This document shows, piece by piece, positions 29,272 to 38,499 of a stretch of 64,000 nucleotides of DNA (positions are counted from its first letter, which is position 1; each line of letters starts with the position of its first letter). Under the pieces are notes generated by a model. It was not told the origin of the DNA and did not search any database. It saw only the letters and a list, made by a program, of their open reading frames with translations. This DNA is from Candidatus Latescibacterota bacterium (GTDB taxonomy: Bacteria; Latescibacterota; UBA2968), in contig OZ242195.1 of the NCBI GenBank assembly GCA_965205975.1, forward strand, positions 3,360,001 to 3,424,000, read 5' to 3'. The position numbers and the translations under genes were made by a program.

Positions 29272-30872
29272 TACCTCTCATCGCCTTTCAACAATTCAAG
29301 AGCTGCGTTGATCAACGGATCCTGATCCTCTGGCTCATCGGGAAACTCAACGTGAACATCAGGTGAAATACCCTTCCCTTCGAATGGCTCGCCATCGGGT
29401 GTCAAAGCCACCCACGACGGAAGAAACACGGTTACCCCATTCTCCAGGCGCACAGGCTTCGGATTGCCCGAACTGCCATAGGACTTCTCGCCCATCAGCG
29501 TGCATTGCGGTGCTTGCTTCATCATCAACAAAAACGCCTCGCAACTGCTCATATTGACCGGCCCCATCAAAACGACCGTGCGCCCTCGAAAACCGGGCCG
29601 AATCGGCTTCAGCGATCGCGTCTTAATCTTGGAAAAACCAGAAGGCCTGGAGGCATCGCGGTCGCGATTACCGGCATATACCACAGATAGCTCGACAAAT
29701 CGACCAGCGATCTTTTTCGCCAACCACTCGGCACCTCCGCCATTGAATCGAACATCCAGAATCAGTGTATCATCGGCCGACAGTCCGTCGATCCATTTCG
29801 CGGCAGCCTCGATATTCTTGGCAACCTGTTGTGACCAACTTCCAATCACCAGATACGCCGGTCCCTCTGGAAACCTCCCGGTAGCCACCACGCGATTGAC
29901 GGATTGAAACTGAGGTACTGTTTGTTTCAGCAGATTATAGTCTATGTTGGGGCGAACACGTCGCCGAAAGCTGGCAAAGGTTTCACCATCTGTATTGAGA
30001 AAGGTGTCCACCTCGATCCGGATATGAGCATCGCGGGCGACCTCAAGGAGTTGCCCGGCAAGAATGGCAAACTGCCGGGAAGTCTTCGCGTTGATCAACT
30101 CCGCCTCGAACTCAGCAAATCTGGCATCCCAATCCACACCCTGCAGATCGCGATAGGAATACTTCTTCTCTACGGCTGACCTCAACTGCTCCAACGATTT
30201 CTGATTTTGGAGTTTTTTCTTTCGCACGTTGGCAGGATCAGTACCTTCCCGGTGTTTGCGAAGTAAAATAGGCAAGATGCGTTGGGCTTGTTCATGATCT
30301 TGCTCGGCGGCCAAGCGAACCCACTTCACGGCCTCATCATCGTCTTTCGGAACACCCATACCCTCATAATACATCACGCCAAGGCTGAATTGTGATCTGG
30401 CCAGTCCCAGCTCCGCAGCCTTGCGATACCACTTCACAGCCTCTGTATTGTCTTGTTGCATACCCTCGCCTCTAAAATACATCAAGGCAAGGTTGTACTG
30501 TGCCTTTGTATCTTCTTGCTCAGCGGCCCTGCGAAGCCATTTCTCCGCCTCTTTATAGTTTTTCAACACCGTCAAACCGAGGCGATACATTACGCCAAGT
30601 CGGACTTGTGATTTAACATCTCCTTGTTCAGCAGCCATGCGAAACCACTTTACGGCCTCTTCGCCATCTTGATCTACACCCTGACCTTTGTAATACATAT
30701 AGCCAATTAAGTACTGTGCTCCTGCATGGCCCTGTTCAGCAAGAGGGAGCAATTCTTTGAGTGCCGTCGCGTAGTCACTCCGGTTATAAGCCTTCCTGCC
30801 ATCCTGATAATCTCCCCACGCCAATGGCGTGAGGATCAGACACAGCGAGAAAATAAAAAGCAAGCGTCGCAT
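29271..30872 (-). CDS. Secreted Sel1-repeat protein fused to S41 family peptidase
   Basis: Signal peptide MRRLLFIF...AWG; ~5 Sel1 repeats (AQYNLALMY.. GEG..QD..EAVKWYRKAAE); LDVRFNGGG, MSSCE, GEKSYG, EGKGISPD. Confidence 0.82.
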   Translation of the reverse strand: MRRLLFIFSLCLILTPLAWGDYQDGRKAYNRSDYATALKELLPLAEQGHAGAQYLIGYMYYKGQGVDQDGEEAVKWFRMAAEQGDVKSQVRLGVMYRLGLTVLKNYKEAEKWLRRAAEQEDTKAQYNLALMYFRGEGMQQDNTEAVKWYRKAAELGLARSQFSLGVMYYEGMGVPKDDDEAVKWVRLAAEQDHEQAQRILPILLRKHREGTDPANVRKKKLQNQKSLEQLRSAVEKKYSYRDLQGVDWDARFAEFEAELINAKTSRQFAILAGQLLEVARDAHIRIEVDTFLNTDGETFASFRRRVRPNIDYNLLKQTVPQFQSVNRVVATGRFPEGPAYLVIGSWSQQVAKNIEAAAKWIDGLSADDTLILDVRFNGGGAEWLAKKIAGRFVELSVVYAGNRDRDASRPSGFSKIKTRSLKPIRPGFRGRTVVLMGPVNMSSCEAFLLMMKQAPQCTLMGEKSYGSSGNPKPVRLENGVTVFLPSWVALTPDGEPFEGKGISPDVHVEFPDEPEDQDPLINAALELLKGDER

Positions 30873-30954
30873 TTTACCCTCCAATCGAGTGAAAAATCGG
30901 CAGTGCCTTAGTGTTCTACCTAAATAATACACTGGAACAATTCTCCTGTCAAGC

Positions 30955-30998
30955 AAAAAAATAAAAAACTCCTCAAAACCCGAAGGCTCTGAGGAGTT
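30955..30998 (-). terminator. Intrinsic terminator (minus strand)
   Basis: AACTCCTCA/TGAGGAGTT stem followed by a T-rich run on the - strand. Confidence 0.65.
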
Positions 30999-31075
30999 AA
31001 ATGAGGATATGTATAATTTCTATTTTTGTGGTACAGCGAAGTATATACCTTTTTTTATATATATTGCTTTGCATG

Positions 31076-31271
31076 CCTTCGGCGACCTACTTTTTGTCAC
31101 CAGAGAAGACGCGATTGAGCGTCTGAAGAAAAGTAGGCAAAAAATGCCGCTCTCAAACGCCGAGGGGCTGGCACAGCGCAAATCGTTTGTGAGGGTTACA
31201 CGCCTGAAGGTGGCCTTCAAAGTTTGGATAGATACCAGAAGTCCGCTGCGAAACGGACTTACGCGCTGTGC
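31076..31271. ncRNA. Candidate structured RNA or palindromic element (~200 nt)
   Basis: Six nested stems of 6-9 bp plus one crossing pairing (detailed in findings). No credible ORF. Confidence 0.45.
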
Positions 31272-31278
31272 TTAATAA

Positions 31279-32649
31279 TCATCGACCCTTCCACATCCTG
31301 GCTCGGGTCATGAAAATCAGAGGATCTTGCCGCCACTCTCCATAGCCGATGCGCTGGTCATCCGTTAGATAATTGATCTTATCATCGATACATGCAGCCA
31401 AATCCGCATCCTCTACAGAAAGCGTAAAACCGCCATACTCAACCGCAGCATCCAGCGCCGCCACCACAAACGCACCACCCGAAGCGTGAACCGCATCGCG
31501 GTTGCCGATCTCTCCTCGCGCCAGGGCATCTACCCTACCAGACGCAAGCGCACCCAGTAATTCCTCTTCCCCCAGATAAACCACCTGCGGCATCGTATCT
31601 ACAGCCGGAAAAATGCGCTGCCTGCCCTCGAGGTTCGGCGACGCGCCAGCAGCAGTGATAAAATAATCTGCACTGCCATCGGCGACCACCGTATCCATTT
31701 GCGTTTCAACGCGCACACCCTCAGCGAGCACACCATCGGCATTGACCAGGCCCGTCAACACCAGCAAACGCGCCTCCCCCGTCGTACTCGCCAGCACCCC
31801 CACGCGCACATCGCTCGTCAAATCATCGTGACTCACCCAGCGCGTCTCATCTTCGGCACGCACCAGAAGCGACTGGCGAAACGCAATATGCCCCGAAGTA
31901 AAAGTCACCACCTCATTGCCCATCTCATCCCGAGATCGAGAATCCAGAATCGTAATACCACCACCAACAACATCGTATTCCGGACCAGCCGACAACAGCC
32001 AGATATTGGGCCATATATCAATACCCTTTCGGGAAAATGACAGCCCTGCGCCATCCATCGCTTCCAGCGCCGTCAACAAATCCGCCTCATAACCCACATG
32101 CGTATTAAACCCCGCAGAATTCGGATCGGGGTCAGCACTGGAACTAACCGGCGCAAAAAAAGCGAAAAAACCAAAATTAAGCACGCGATCCGCGCAAGCC
32201 GAAGACGGAGACATCACATGCGCCCTCCCCCCAACGGACAAATTGACCACCACCTCATCACCGGCATTAATCGGAATACTCGTCCACAACCCAATCACGC
32301 TACCACCCTGCGATACACGCGCTTGATAATAACCCGTCGCATCGCCCGCAATCTCCAACCGCGCCCGACCCTCTTCATCCGTCATCCCCGACCACGCATA
32401 CTCTGCCGCCTGACCCGCAATAGAACGCGCAAATTCTACCATTGCACCACTCACCGGCGCATCATCCCGTCGCACAGACGCCACCACCACAGCCCCCGAC
32501 GCATTGTCTTGCACCGCCAGCTTACTCAGCGGCTGCTCAACCTGCTCATCCACCGCCATCATCACGCGCTCGTCGCCACAGTGCCACATCAGTCCTGCGA
32601 CAAGGATCAGCACAACCATACTGCGAATACTTCTCGACATAACAACCAC
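31279..32649 (-). CDS. Putative lipoprotein: carboxypeptidase-regulatory-like domain plus type 2 periplasmic substrate-binding domain
   Basis: Hydrophobic leader ending in Cys; PVSGAMV...TDEEGRA; GYEADLL, GGITILDSR, VGVLASTTGE, LASGRVDA. Confidence 0.65.
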   Translation of the reverse strand: MVVMSRSIRSMVVLILVAGLMWHCGDERVMMAVDEQVEQPLSKLAVQDNASGAVVVASVRRDDAPVSGAMVEFARSIAGQAAEYAWSGMTDEEGRARLEIAGDATGYYQARVSQGGSVIGLWTSIPINAGDEVVVNLSVGGRAHVMSPSSACADRVLNFGFFAFFAPVSSSADPDPNSAGFNTHVGYEADLLTALEAMDGAGLSFSRKGIDIWPNIWLLSAGPEYDVVGGGITILDSRSRDEMGNEVVTFTSGHIAFRQSLLVRAEDETRWVSHDDLTSDVRVGVLASTTGEARLLVLTGLVNADGVLAEGVRVETQMDTVVADGSADYFITAAGASPNLEGRQRIFPAVDTMPQVVYLGEEELLGALASGRVDALARGEIGNRDAVHASGGAFVVAALDAAVEYGGFTLSVEDADLAACIDDKINYLTDDQRIGYGEWRQDPLIFMTRARMWKGR

Positions 32650-32690
32650 CCTTATAGAATAATATTACGTCGTGTGTAACTTCAAAAGTG

Positions 32691-32831
32691 AATATGCTAC
32701 TGCGTTATGTCATGCTGAGGAAGCCGATAGGCTGACGAAGCATCTGTTACCCATGCACACCGTTGAGGCAGCAGATTTTTCGACTCCGCTGCGCTCCGCT
32801 CAAAATGACAGGCGCATGATATAGTGCATAT
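32691..32831. repeat. TGTCAT...ATGACA inverted-repeat element
   Basis: TGTCATGCTGAG (32708-19)/CTCAAAATGACA (32799-810), 10/12 pairs. Inner ATCTG/CAGAT; outer ATATGC/GCATAT. Confidence 0.6.
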
Positions 32832-32843
32832 CCGTAACGTCAC

Positions 32844-33041
32844 TTACTCATCTCTCTTGTGCTTCATCCTTTGATAGCGCGTCACCTGATTCTTATTTTT
32901 TACAAAAGCAACCACAACGATCACCACAAACACACCAATAGCCAACAGACTTCCCACTTCTTTTTTTGGATGATCCATCCACCACGCCAGAGCAATCACC
33001 GCCCCAACGGATATGCCAGCCATTACAATCTCGCGTATCAT
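32844..33041 (-). CDS. Small 2-TM hypothetical protein
   Basis: 65 aa, two hydrophobic segments, basic tail, GAAGGGG RBS. Confidence 0.5.
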   Translation of the reverse strand: MIREIVMAGISVGAVIALAWWMDHPKKEVGSLLAIGVFVVIVVVAFVKNKNQVTRYQRMKHKRDE

Positions 33042-33248
33042 TTGCTTGCCCCTTCATAAATGTAATACCTTCAAAATCCAAGCACCTCGCATCTACCATC
33101 AAAAAATACACCATCGACAAATTCCAGTCCACACAAAAAGACTGACATAGACACAGGAACAAGTAACACTATCATTTATATAATTTTATGTGTATCTTGA
33201 AACAGCACGCCAATGCGCAACGTCAGTAATAACAAACAAAACCTCTGG

Positions 33249-33354
33249 ATCGCGGCTCGGTCATGTCCCTGCATGATGTTGAGCAGGGAACCATGCCGCG
33301 ATGACGGGCGAGGCATGCCTCGCCCCTACATTTCATCTGCGTTCATCTGCGGAT
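33249..33354. repeat. Composite repeat: hairpin + REP + decamer tandem, upstream of hen1
   Basis: ATCGCGGC/GCCGCGAT with inner TCCCTGC/GCAGGGA; REP at 33304-33333; CATCTGCGTT CATCTGCGGAT. Confidence 0.8.
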
Positions 33355-33364
33355 CACACTTCAC

Positions 33365-34726
33365 ATGCTCTTAACCATCACAACCACATACAACCCCGCA
33401 ACCGACCTGGGCTATCTGTTACACAAACATCCCGGACGCGCACAAACGTTTGACTTGTCTTTTGGTCGCGCACATGTATTTTATCCCGAAGCCACAGATG
33501 AAAAATGCACGGCTGCTCTATTGCTCGACCTCGACACCATCGGCCTCAAACGCCGTCGCCAAAACACCTTTGCACTTCGCGACTACGTCACTGACCGTCC
33601 CTATGTCGCATCCTCGTTCACCAGCGTAGCCATCGCCCGCGTATTTGGCAGCGCGCTCAAAGGCCAGTGCGCCGACCGACCCGATCTCGTTACCCGACCC
33701 ATCCCATTGCGTGCGGAAATCCACGTTCTACCCTGTCGCGGCGGCGATCAACTACTCAACGACCTGTTTCAGCCATTGGGATATAAAGTCACAGCCAAAC
33801 CGCACCGTCTCGACGAAAAATTCTCAGAATGGGGGTACAGCCCGTATTACACCGTCGCACTCGAAGCAAACATCCCACTAAAAAACCTGCTCACCCATCT
33901 CTACGTCCTTATCCCCGTACTCGACGACGACAAACACTACTTCGTCAGCCAATCTGAAATCGACACCCTGATGCGCCGCGGCGAAGGCTGGTTATCAGAC
34001 CACCCCAAACGCGACCTCATCATAGACCGATACCTCAGACACCAGCGCATCCTCACCCAGGAAGCCTATCGCCTTATGGATGAACAGCCCTTAGAGCGCA
34101 ACATCAAAGACAACGAACTCGTCGTCGAAAACAACCTCAGGCTGAACCAGCAACGGCACAATGCCGTACTCAAAGAACTCGAAATCAGCGGCGCACAACG
34201 CGTACTCGATCTCGGCTGCGGTGAAGGTCACTTTACACAAGTCCTGTCAGAACGCCCTCAATTTACCAAAATCCTCGGCCTGGAAGTTTCACACTATGCC
34301 TTGAGCCGCGCTCACAAACGCCTCGACCAACCCATACAGCGCAACCGCGTCGAACTCATACACGGATCGCTATTCTACCGCGACACGCGCCTCGACGGCT
34401 ATGACGCCGCAGTCCTCCTGGAAGTCATCGAACACCTCGACCCATCGCGATTGCCCGTCTTCGAACGCGTCATATTTGAATACGCCCAACCCAACACCGT
34501 CATCATCACCACCCCAAATGCCGACTTCAACACGCGCTGGGAATCTCTCCCCGCCGGACAATTTCGCCACCCCGACCACCGCTTTGAGTGGTCGCGCAAA
34601 CAATTTCAAAATTGGACACAAGGCGTAGAAAAAAAATTCAACTACCACACAACAATCAAACCCATCGGTCCCGTGGATCCCAAAGCAGGTCCACCAACGC
34701 AAATGGCCGTATTCAATAAAAAATAA
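33365..34726 (+). CDS. hen1: 3'-terminal RNA ribose 2'-O-methyltransferase Hen1
   Basis: PATDLGYLLHKHP, YVTDRPYVASS, LYVLIPVLDDDKHY, VLDLGCGEG, EVIEH, TTPN, FRHPDHRFEW. Confidence 0.95.
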   Translation: MLLTITTTYNPATDLGYLLHKHPGRAQTFDLSFGRAHVFYPEATDEKCTAALLLDLDTIGLKRRRQNTFALRDYVTDRPYVASSFTSVAIARVFGSALKGQCADRPDLVTRPIPLRAEIHVLPCRGGDQLLNDLFQPLGYKVTAKPHRLDEKFSEWGYSPYYTVALEANIPLKNLLTHLYVLIPVLDDDKHYFVSQSEIDTLMRRGEGWLSDHPKRDLIIDRYLRHQRILTQEAYRLMDEQPLERNIKDNELVVENNLRLNQQRHNAVLKELEISGAQRVLDLGCGEGHFTQVLSERPQFTKILGLEVSHYALSRAHKRLDQPIQRNRVELIHGSLFYRDTRLDGYDAAVLLEVIEHLDPSRLPVFERVIFEYAQPNTVIITTPNADFNTRWESLPAGQFRHPDHRFEWSRKQFQNWTQGVEKKFNYHTTIKPIGPVDPKAGPPTQMAVFNKK

Positions 34727-34729
34727 ACC

Positions 34730-37261
34730 ATGAACATCACAATCCCCGAAATCGCACTCGTCGTCCTCATCGGCGTATCTGGCTCTGGCAAATCCACATT
34801 CGCCAGAACCCACTTCAAACCGACCGAAGTCCTGTCCTCCGACTACTTCCGCGGACTCATCAGCGACGACGAAACCGATCAGACCATCACAAAAGAGGCA
34901 TTTGAAACCCTCCACTACGTGGCCGCCAAACGCCTCGCCAATTACAAACTCACCGTTATCGACGCCACCAGCGTACAGGAAAGCGCCCGCAAGCCCCTCG
35001 TCGCACTGGCCAAACAACATCACGTCTTCCCCATCGCCATCGTCCTCGACATGCCCGAAGACCTCTGCCGCGAGCGCAACAAACACCGACCAGACCGCAA
35101 CTTTGCGCATCGCGTCATCGCGCAACAACGCCATCAGCTCCGCCGCTCATTCAAACGCCTCAAACGCGAAGGATTTCGCCGCATCTACACCCTGCGCTCA
35201 GAAGACGAGGTCCAGCGCGTGTGCGTCACACGCGAAAAAGTTTGGCCCAACCGCCGCGACGAACGCGGCCCCTTTGATATCATCGGCGATGTACACGGCT
35301 GTTACGACGAACTTCTCGCGCTACTCGACAAACTCGGCTATGACATACAGCCCGACCACATAACACCACCTCCGGGACGCAAAGCCATCTTCCTCGGCGA
35401 CCTCGTAGATCGCGGTCCCCAAACACCCCAGGTACTCGACCTCGTCATGCAAATGGTCGATTCAGACACCGCCCTCTGCATCCCCGGCAATCACGACACG
35501 CGCCTCGTTCGCGCGCTACAGGGCAGAAAAGTCAGACCCACTTATGGCCTTGCGGAAACCCTCGAACAACTCGAATCATATCCCACTGAAGACCGCAAAC
35601 GCTATGCAAAATTCCTCGACAGCCTCGTCAGCCACTACATACTCGACGACGGCAACCTCATCGTGGCGCACGCCGGAATGAAAGAAGAACTGGCCGGACG
35701 CACTTCGGGCACCGTGCGCGCCTTCGCACTATACGGCGAAACCACGGGCGAAACCGACGAATTTGGCCTGCCCGTCCGCATCAACTGGGCAGCGCAATAC
35801 CGCGGCAAAGCCACCGTCGTCTATGGACATACCCCTGTATCCAATCCCGAATGGCTCAACAACACCATCAACATCGACACGGGCTGCACCTATGGCGGCG
35901 CACTCACTGCCCTGCGCTATCCCGAAAAAGAATGCGTCTCCGTACCCGCACTCAAAACATATAGCAAACCCGCGCGTCCTCTTACCTCTAAGACCTCCCG
36001 CTCTGCACAGCAAACACACGACGACATGCTCGACATCGACGACGTCAACGGCAAACGCGCTGTAGATACCTTTCTCATCCCGCGCATCACCATCCGCGAA
36101 GAACACGCCATTGCCGCACTCGAAATCATGAGCCGCTACGCCATCGATCCCAAATGGCTGATCTACCTGCCGCCGACCATGTCCCCATCAAAACCCAGTC
36201 CGCGTCCCAATATCCTCGAACACCCCGACGAAGCCTATGCCTACTATCGGGAAAACGACATCACCAGGGTCATAGCCGAAGAAAAACACATGGGATCCCG
36301 CGCCATTGTCATCCTGTGCAAAAATGACGATATTGCCCGCACGCGTTTTGGCCTATCCGAACCCGCACCCGGCGCGTGCTATACCCGAACGGGCCGTTCC
36401 TTCTTTGACGACACACGCCTCGAAATCGCATTCCTTAAACGCCTCCAAAACGCCGTCTCCAAAGCCGACCTCTGGAAAAGCCTCAACACCACATGGATAG
36501 CCCTCGACTGCGAACTCATGCCCTGGTCTGCGCGCGCACAACAACTGTTGCAAGAACAATACGCAGCTGTCGGTGCCTCTGCCCGTGCCTCGCTCAACGC
36601 CACCATCGAGGCCCTCAACGCCAACAACAACATCGACGTCTCCGATTGGCTCGCCAAATACAAAAATCGCTCACAGCGCATCAACCGCTACATTCACGCG
36701 TACCGCGCCTACTGCTGGCCCGTTCACAATCTCACAGACCTCAAACTCGCGCCCTTTCACATCCTCGCCACCGAAGGAAGCGTTCACCACAACCGGCCAC
36801 ACATCTATCACATGGAAACCCTCTCAAAACTGTGCATGGCCGATCCCGAACTCTTCCATACCACATCATATCGCATCGTCGATCTCAACGACGCGCAAAG
36901 TTGTGCCAACACCACTGCCTGGTGGAAAGAAAAAACAGCAGAGGGAAGCGAAGGCATGGTCGTCAAACCCCTGAATTTCATCGCGCGGAACAAAAAAGAC
37001 AGGCTGATTCAGCCCGCCATCAAATGCCGAGGCCGCGAATACCTCCGCATCATCTACGGTCCCGAATACACCACCCCCGAAAATCTCGAAAAATTGCGCT
37101 GGCGCAATGTCAAAACCAAGCAATCCCTCGCCCTGCGCGAATTTGCCCTGGGCCTCGAAGCCCTCAGCCGCTTCGTTCAAAACGAGCCCCTGCGCCGCAT
37201 CCACGAATGCGTCTTCGGCGTCCTCGCACTCGAAACAGAACCTGTGGATCCGCGGCTGTAG
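34730..37261 (+). CDS. pnkp: Polynucleotide kinase-phosphatase-ligase Pnkp
   Basis: Kinase GVSGSGKST; metallophosphoesterase GDVHG/GDLVDRG/GNHD/YGHTP; ligase EEKHMGSR, EGMVVKP, KCRGREYLRIIYG, EPVDPRL. Confidence 0.95.
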   Translation: MNITIPEIALVVLIGVSGSGKSTFARTHFKPTEVLSSDYFRGLISDDETDQTITKEAFETLHYVAAKRLANYKLTVIDATSVQESARKPLVALAKQHHVFPIAIVLDMPEDLCRERNKHRPDRNFAHRVIAQQRHQLRRSFKRLKREGFRRIYTLRSEDEVQRVCVTREKVWPNRRDERGPFDIIGDVHGCYDELLALLDKLGYDIQPDHITPPPGRKAIFLGDLVDRGPQTPQVLDLVMQMVDSDTALCIPGNHDTRLVRALQGRKVRPTYGLAETLEQLESYPTEDRKRYAKFLDSLVSHYILDDGNLIVAHAGMKEELAGRTSGTVRAFALYGETTGETDEFGLPVRINWAAQYRGKATVVYGHTPVSNPEWLNNTINIDTGCTYGGALTALRYPEKECVSVPALKTYSKPARPLTSKTSRSAQQTHDDMLDIDDVNGKRAVDTFLIPRITIREEHAIAALEIMSRYAIDPKWLIYLPPTMSPSKPSPRPNILEHPDEAYAYYRENDITRVIAEEKHMGSRAIVILCKNDDIARTRFGLSEPAPGACYTRTGRSFFDDTRLEIAFLKRLQNAVSKADLWKSLNTTWIALDCELMPWSARAQQLLQEQYAAVGASARASLNATIEALNANNNIDVSDWLAKYKNRSQRINRYIHAYRAYCWPVHNLTDLKLAPFHILATEGSVHHNRPHIYHMETLSKLCMADPELFHTTSYRIVDLNDAQSCANTTAWWKEKTAEGSEGMVVKPLNFIARNKKDRLIQPAIKCRGREYLRIIYGPEYTTPENLEKLRWRNVKTKQSLALREFALGLEALSRFVQNEPLRRIHECVFGVLALETEPVDPRL

Positions 37262-37271
37262 TTAAAAAGGA

Positions 37272-38435
37272 GTGTTGCAAATGTTATTACAAAAAAGATT
37301 CTTATTTATTCTCGCCCTTGCATTACTGGCCTTTGTAAGTCAAGCCTCTGCTGGCCCCAATGCAAATGCGACACTATCGCTTGATCTCATTCCCGATGGC
37401 GGAGCGGGCAACCAGACAGATGATGGCATTACTTCAGGCACGGTCTCTGGACAGGGCACAAAAATTGCCGTTGAAATCTTCACGAGAGGTGTGACCACAC
37501 CTCTTGCCAGTGTAGTAGTCATATTCGACTTTGATCCTGCTATTTTGACTTTTGACAAAGCCGAGAACAGTGCGTTTCAATTTGCTATTCCAGAACCGGA
37601 TAAAACTGGCACAAACTTCGCCACAAATCCCCCTGTCACCTTGCCGGAATCCGGTTTTCTGACACGCGCTGAGTTTACCACTACAGTGGATGTAACGGAT
37701 AAGGCATTTACCCTTGGCATTAAGATGGTTATACTTGCTCAAAGCGTAGCATTGTTCGACACAATCACAACGACAAATACCATATCGTTTAACGAGCCTG
37801 TAATCGGCGAATTTGAAGGCATGCAACTCCATCTCGACACACAAATTGAAACGCCCGCTGCACAGAACAACAAGCTGTTCATCCCCGAACAAAAAGCTGG
37901 CGATACAATCCAACTTCAACTCTTTGTTCCAATGGCTGCAGGCAAACAAACTTATGGTTACGAAATAGAACTCGACCTACCCGGTAAGACATTTTCCGAC
38001 TACATCGGTAGCATATCGGGCACGGGTTTTACAGACACACCCCTGCGCCAAATACCGGATCGTCCTGTCCTGTCCGCACTGCTCATCTCTACCCCTGTTG
38101 TGCCTGAAAATGGTTATATCGGTCACATTGACTTGCAAGTGACCAATACCCTTGAATCGGAGACAACGCTCATTGTCAAAACCGCTTCAATGGCCGGTCT
38201 CAATGGACAACAGGACTCACTGGATGTGTCCAACGCCGTGATCACTGTTACTATCATTTCCGGCGATTTCGATGGCGACCTCGACGTTGACTTTGCCGAT
38301 TTTCTCGCCTTTACCGGCGTTTTTGGACTATCATCATCGGATGCCAATTACGATGCTCGTATGGATATGAACGACGATGGTGTTATCAACTTTGCCGATT
38401 TTCTCATCTTTGTTAGCGTCTTTGGCACCATGTAA
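37272..38435 (+). CDS. Secreted protein with two cohesin-like beta domains and C-terminal dockerin/EF-hand-like repeat
   Basis: Signal peptide; two related beta-rich modules; GDFDGDLDVDFADFL...DMNDDGVINFADFL. Confidence 0.7.
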   Translation: MLQMLLQKRFLFILALALLAFVSQASAGPNANATLSLDLIPDGGAGNQTDDGITSGTVSGQGTKIAVEIFTRGVTTPLASVVVIFDFDPAILTFDKAENSAFQFAIPEPDKTGTNFATNPPVTLPESGFLTRAEFTTTVDVTDKAFTLGIKMVILAQSVALFDTITTTNTISFNEPVIGEFEGMQLHLDTQIETPAAQNNKLFIPEQKAGDTIQLQLFVPMAAGKQTYGYEIELDLPGKTFSDYIGSISGTGFTDTPLRQIPDRPVLSALLISTPVVPENGYIGHIDLQVTNTLESETTLIVKTASMAGLNGQQDSLDVSNAVITVTIISGDFDGDLDVDFADFLAFTGVFGLSSSDANYDARMDMNDDGVINFADFLIFVSVFGTM

Positions 38436-38499
38436 CTAATAGATGAAACCAGATTTTTTTTAATCGTCGAGCTACTGCTCGCTTAAAAAAGGATGTCAC

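Noticed and set aside
31009..31275. 88-aa and 66-aa ORFs over the structured element
   Set aside because: No recognisable protein features; the sequence is better explained by base pairing.
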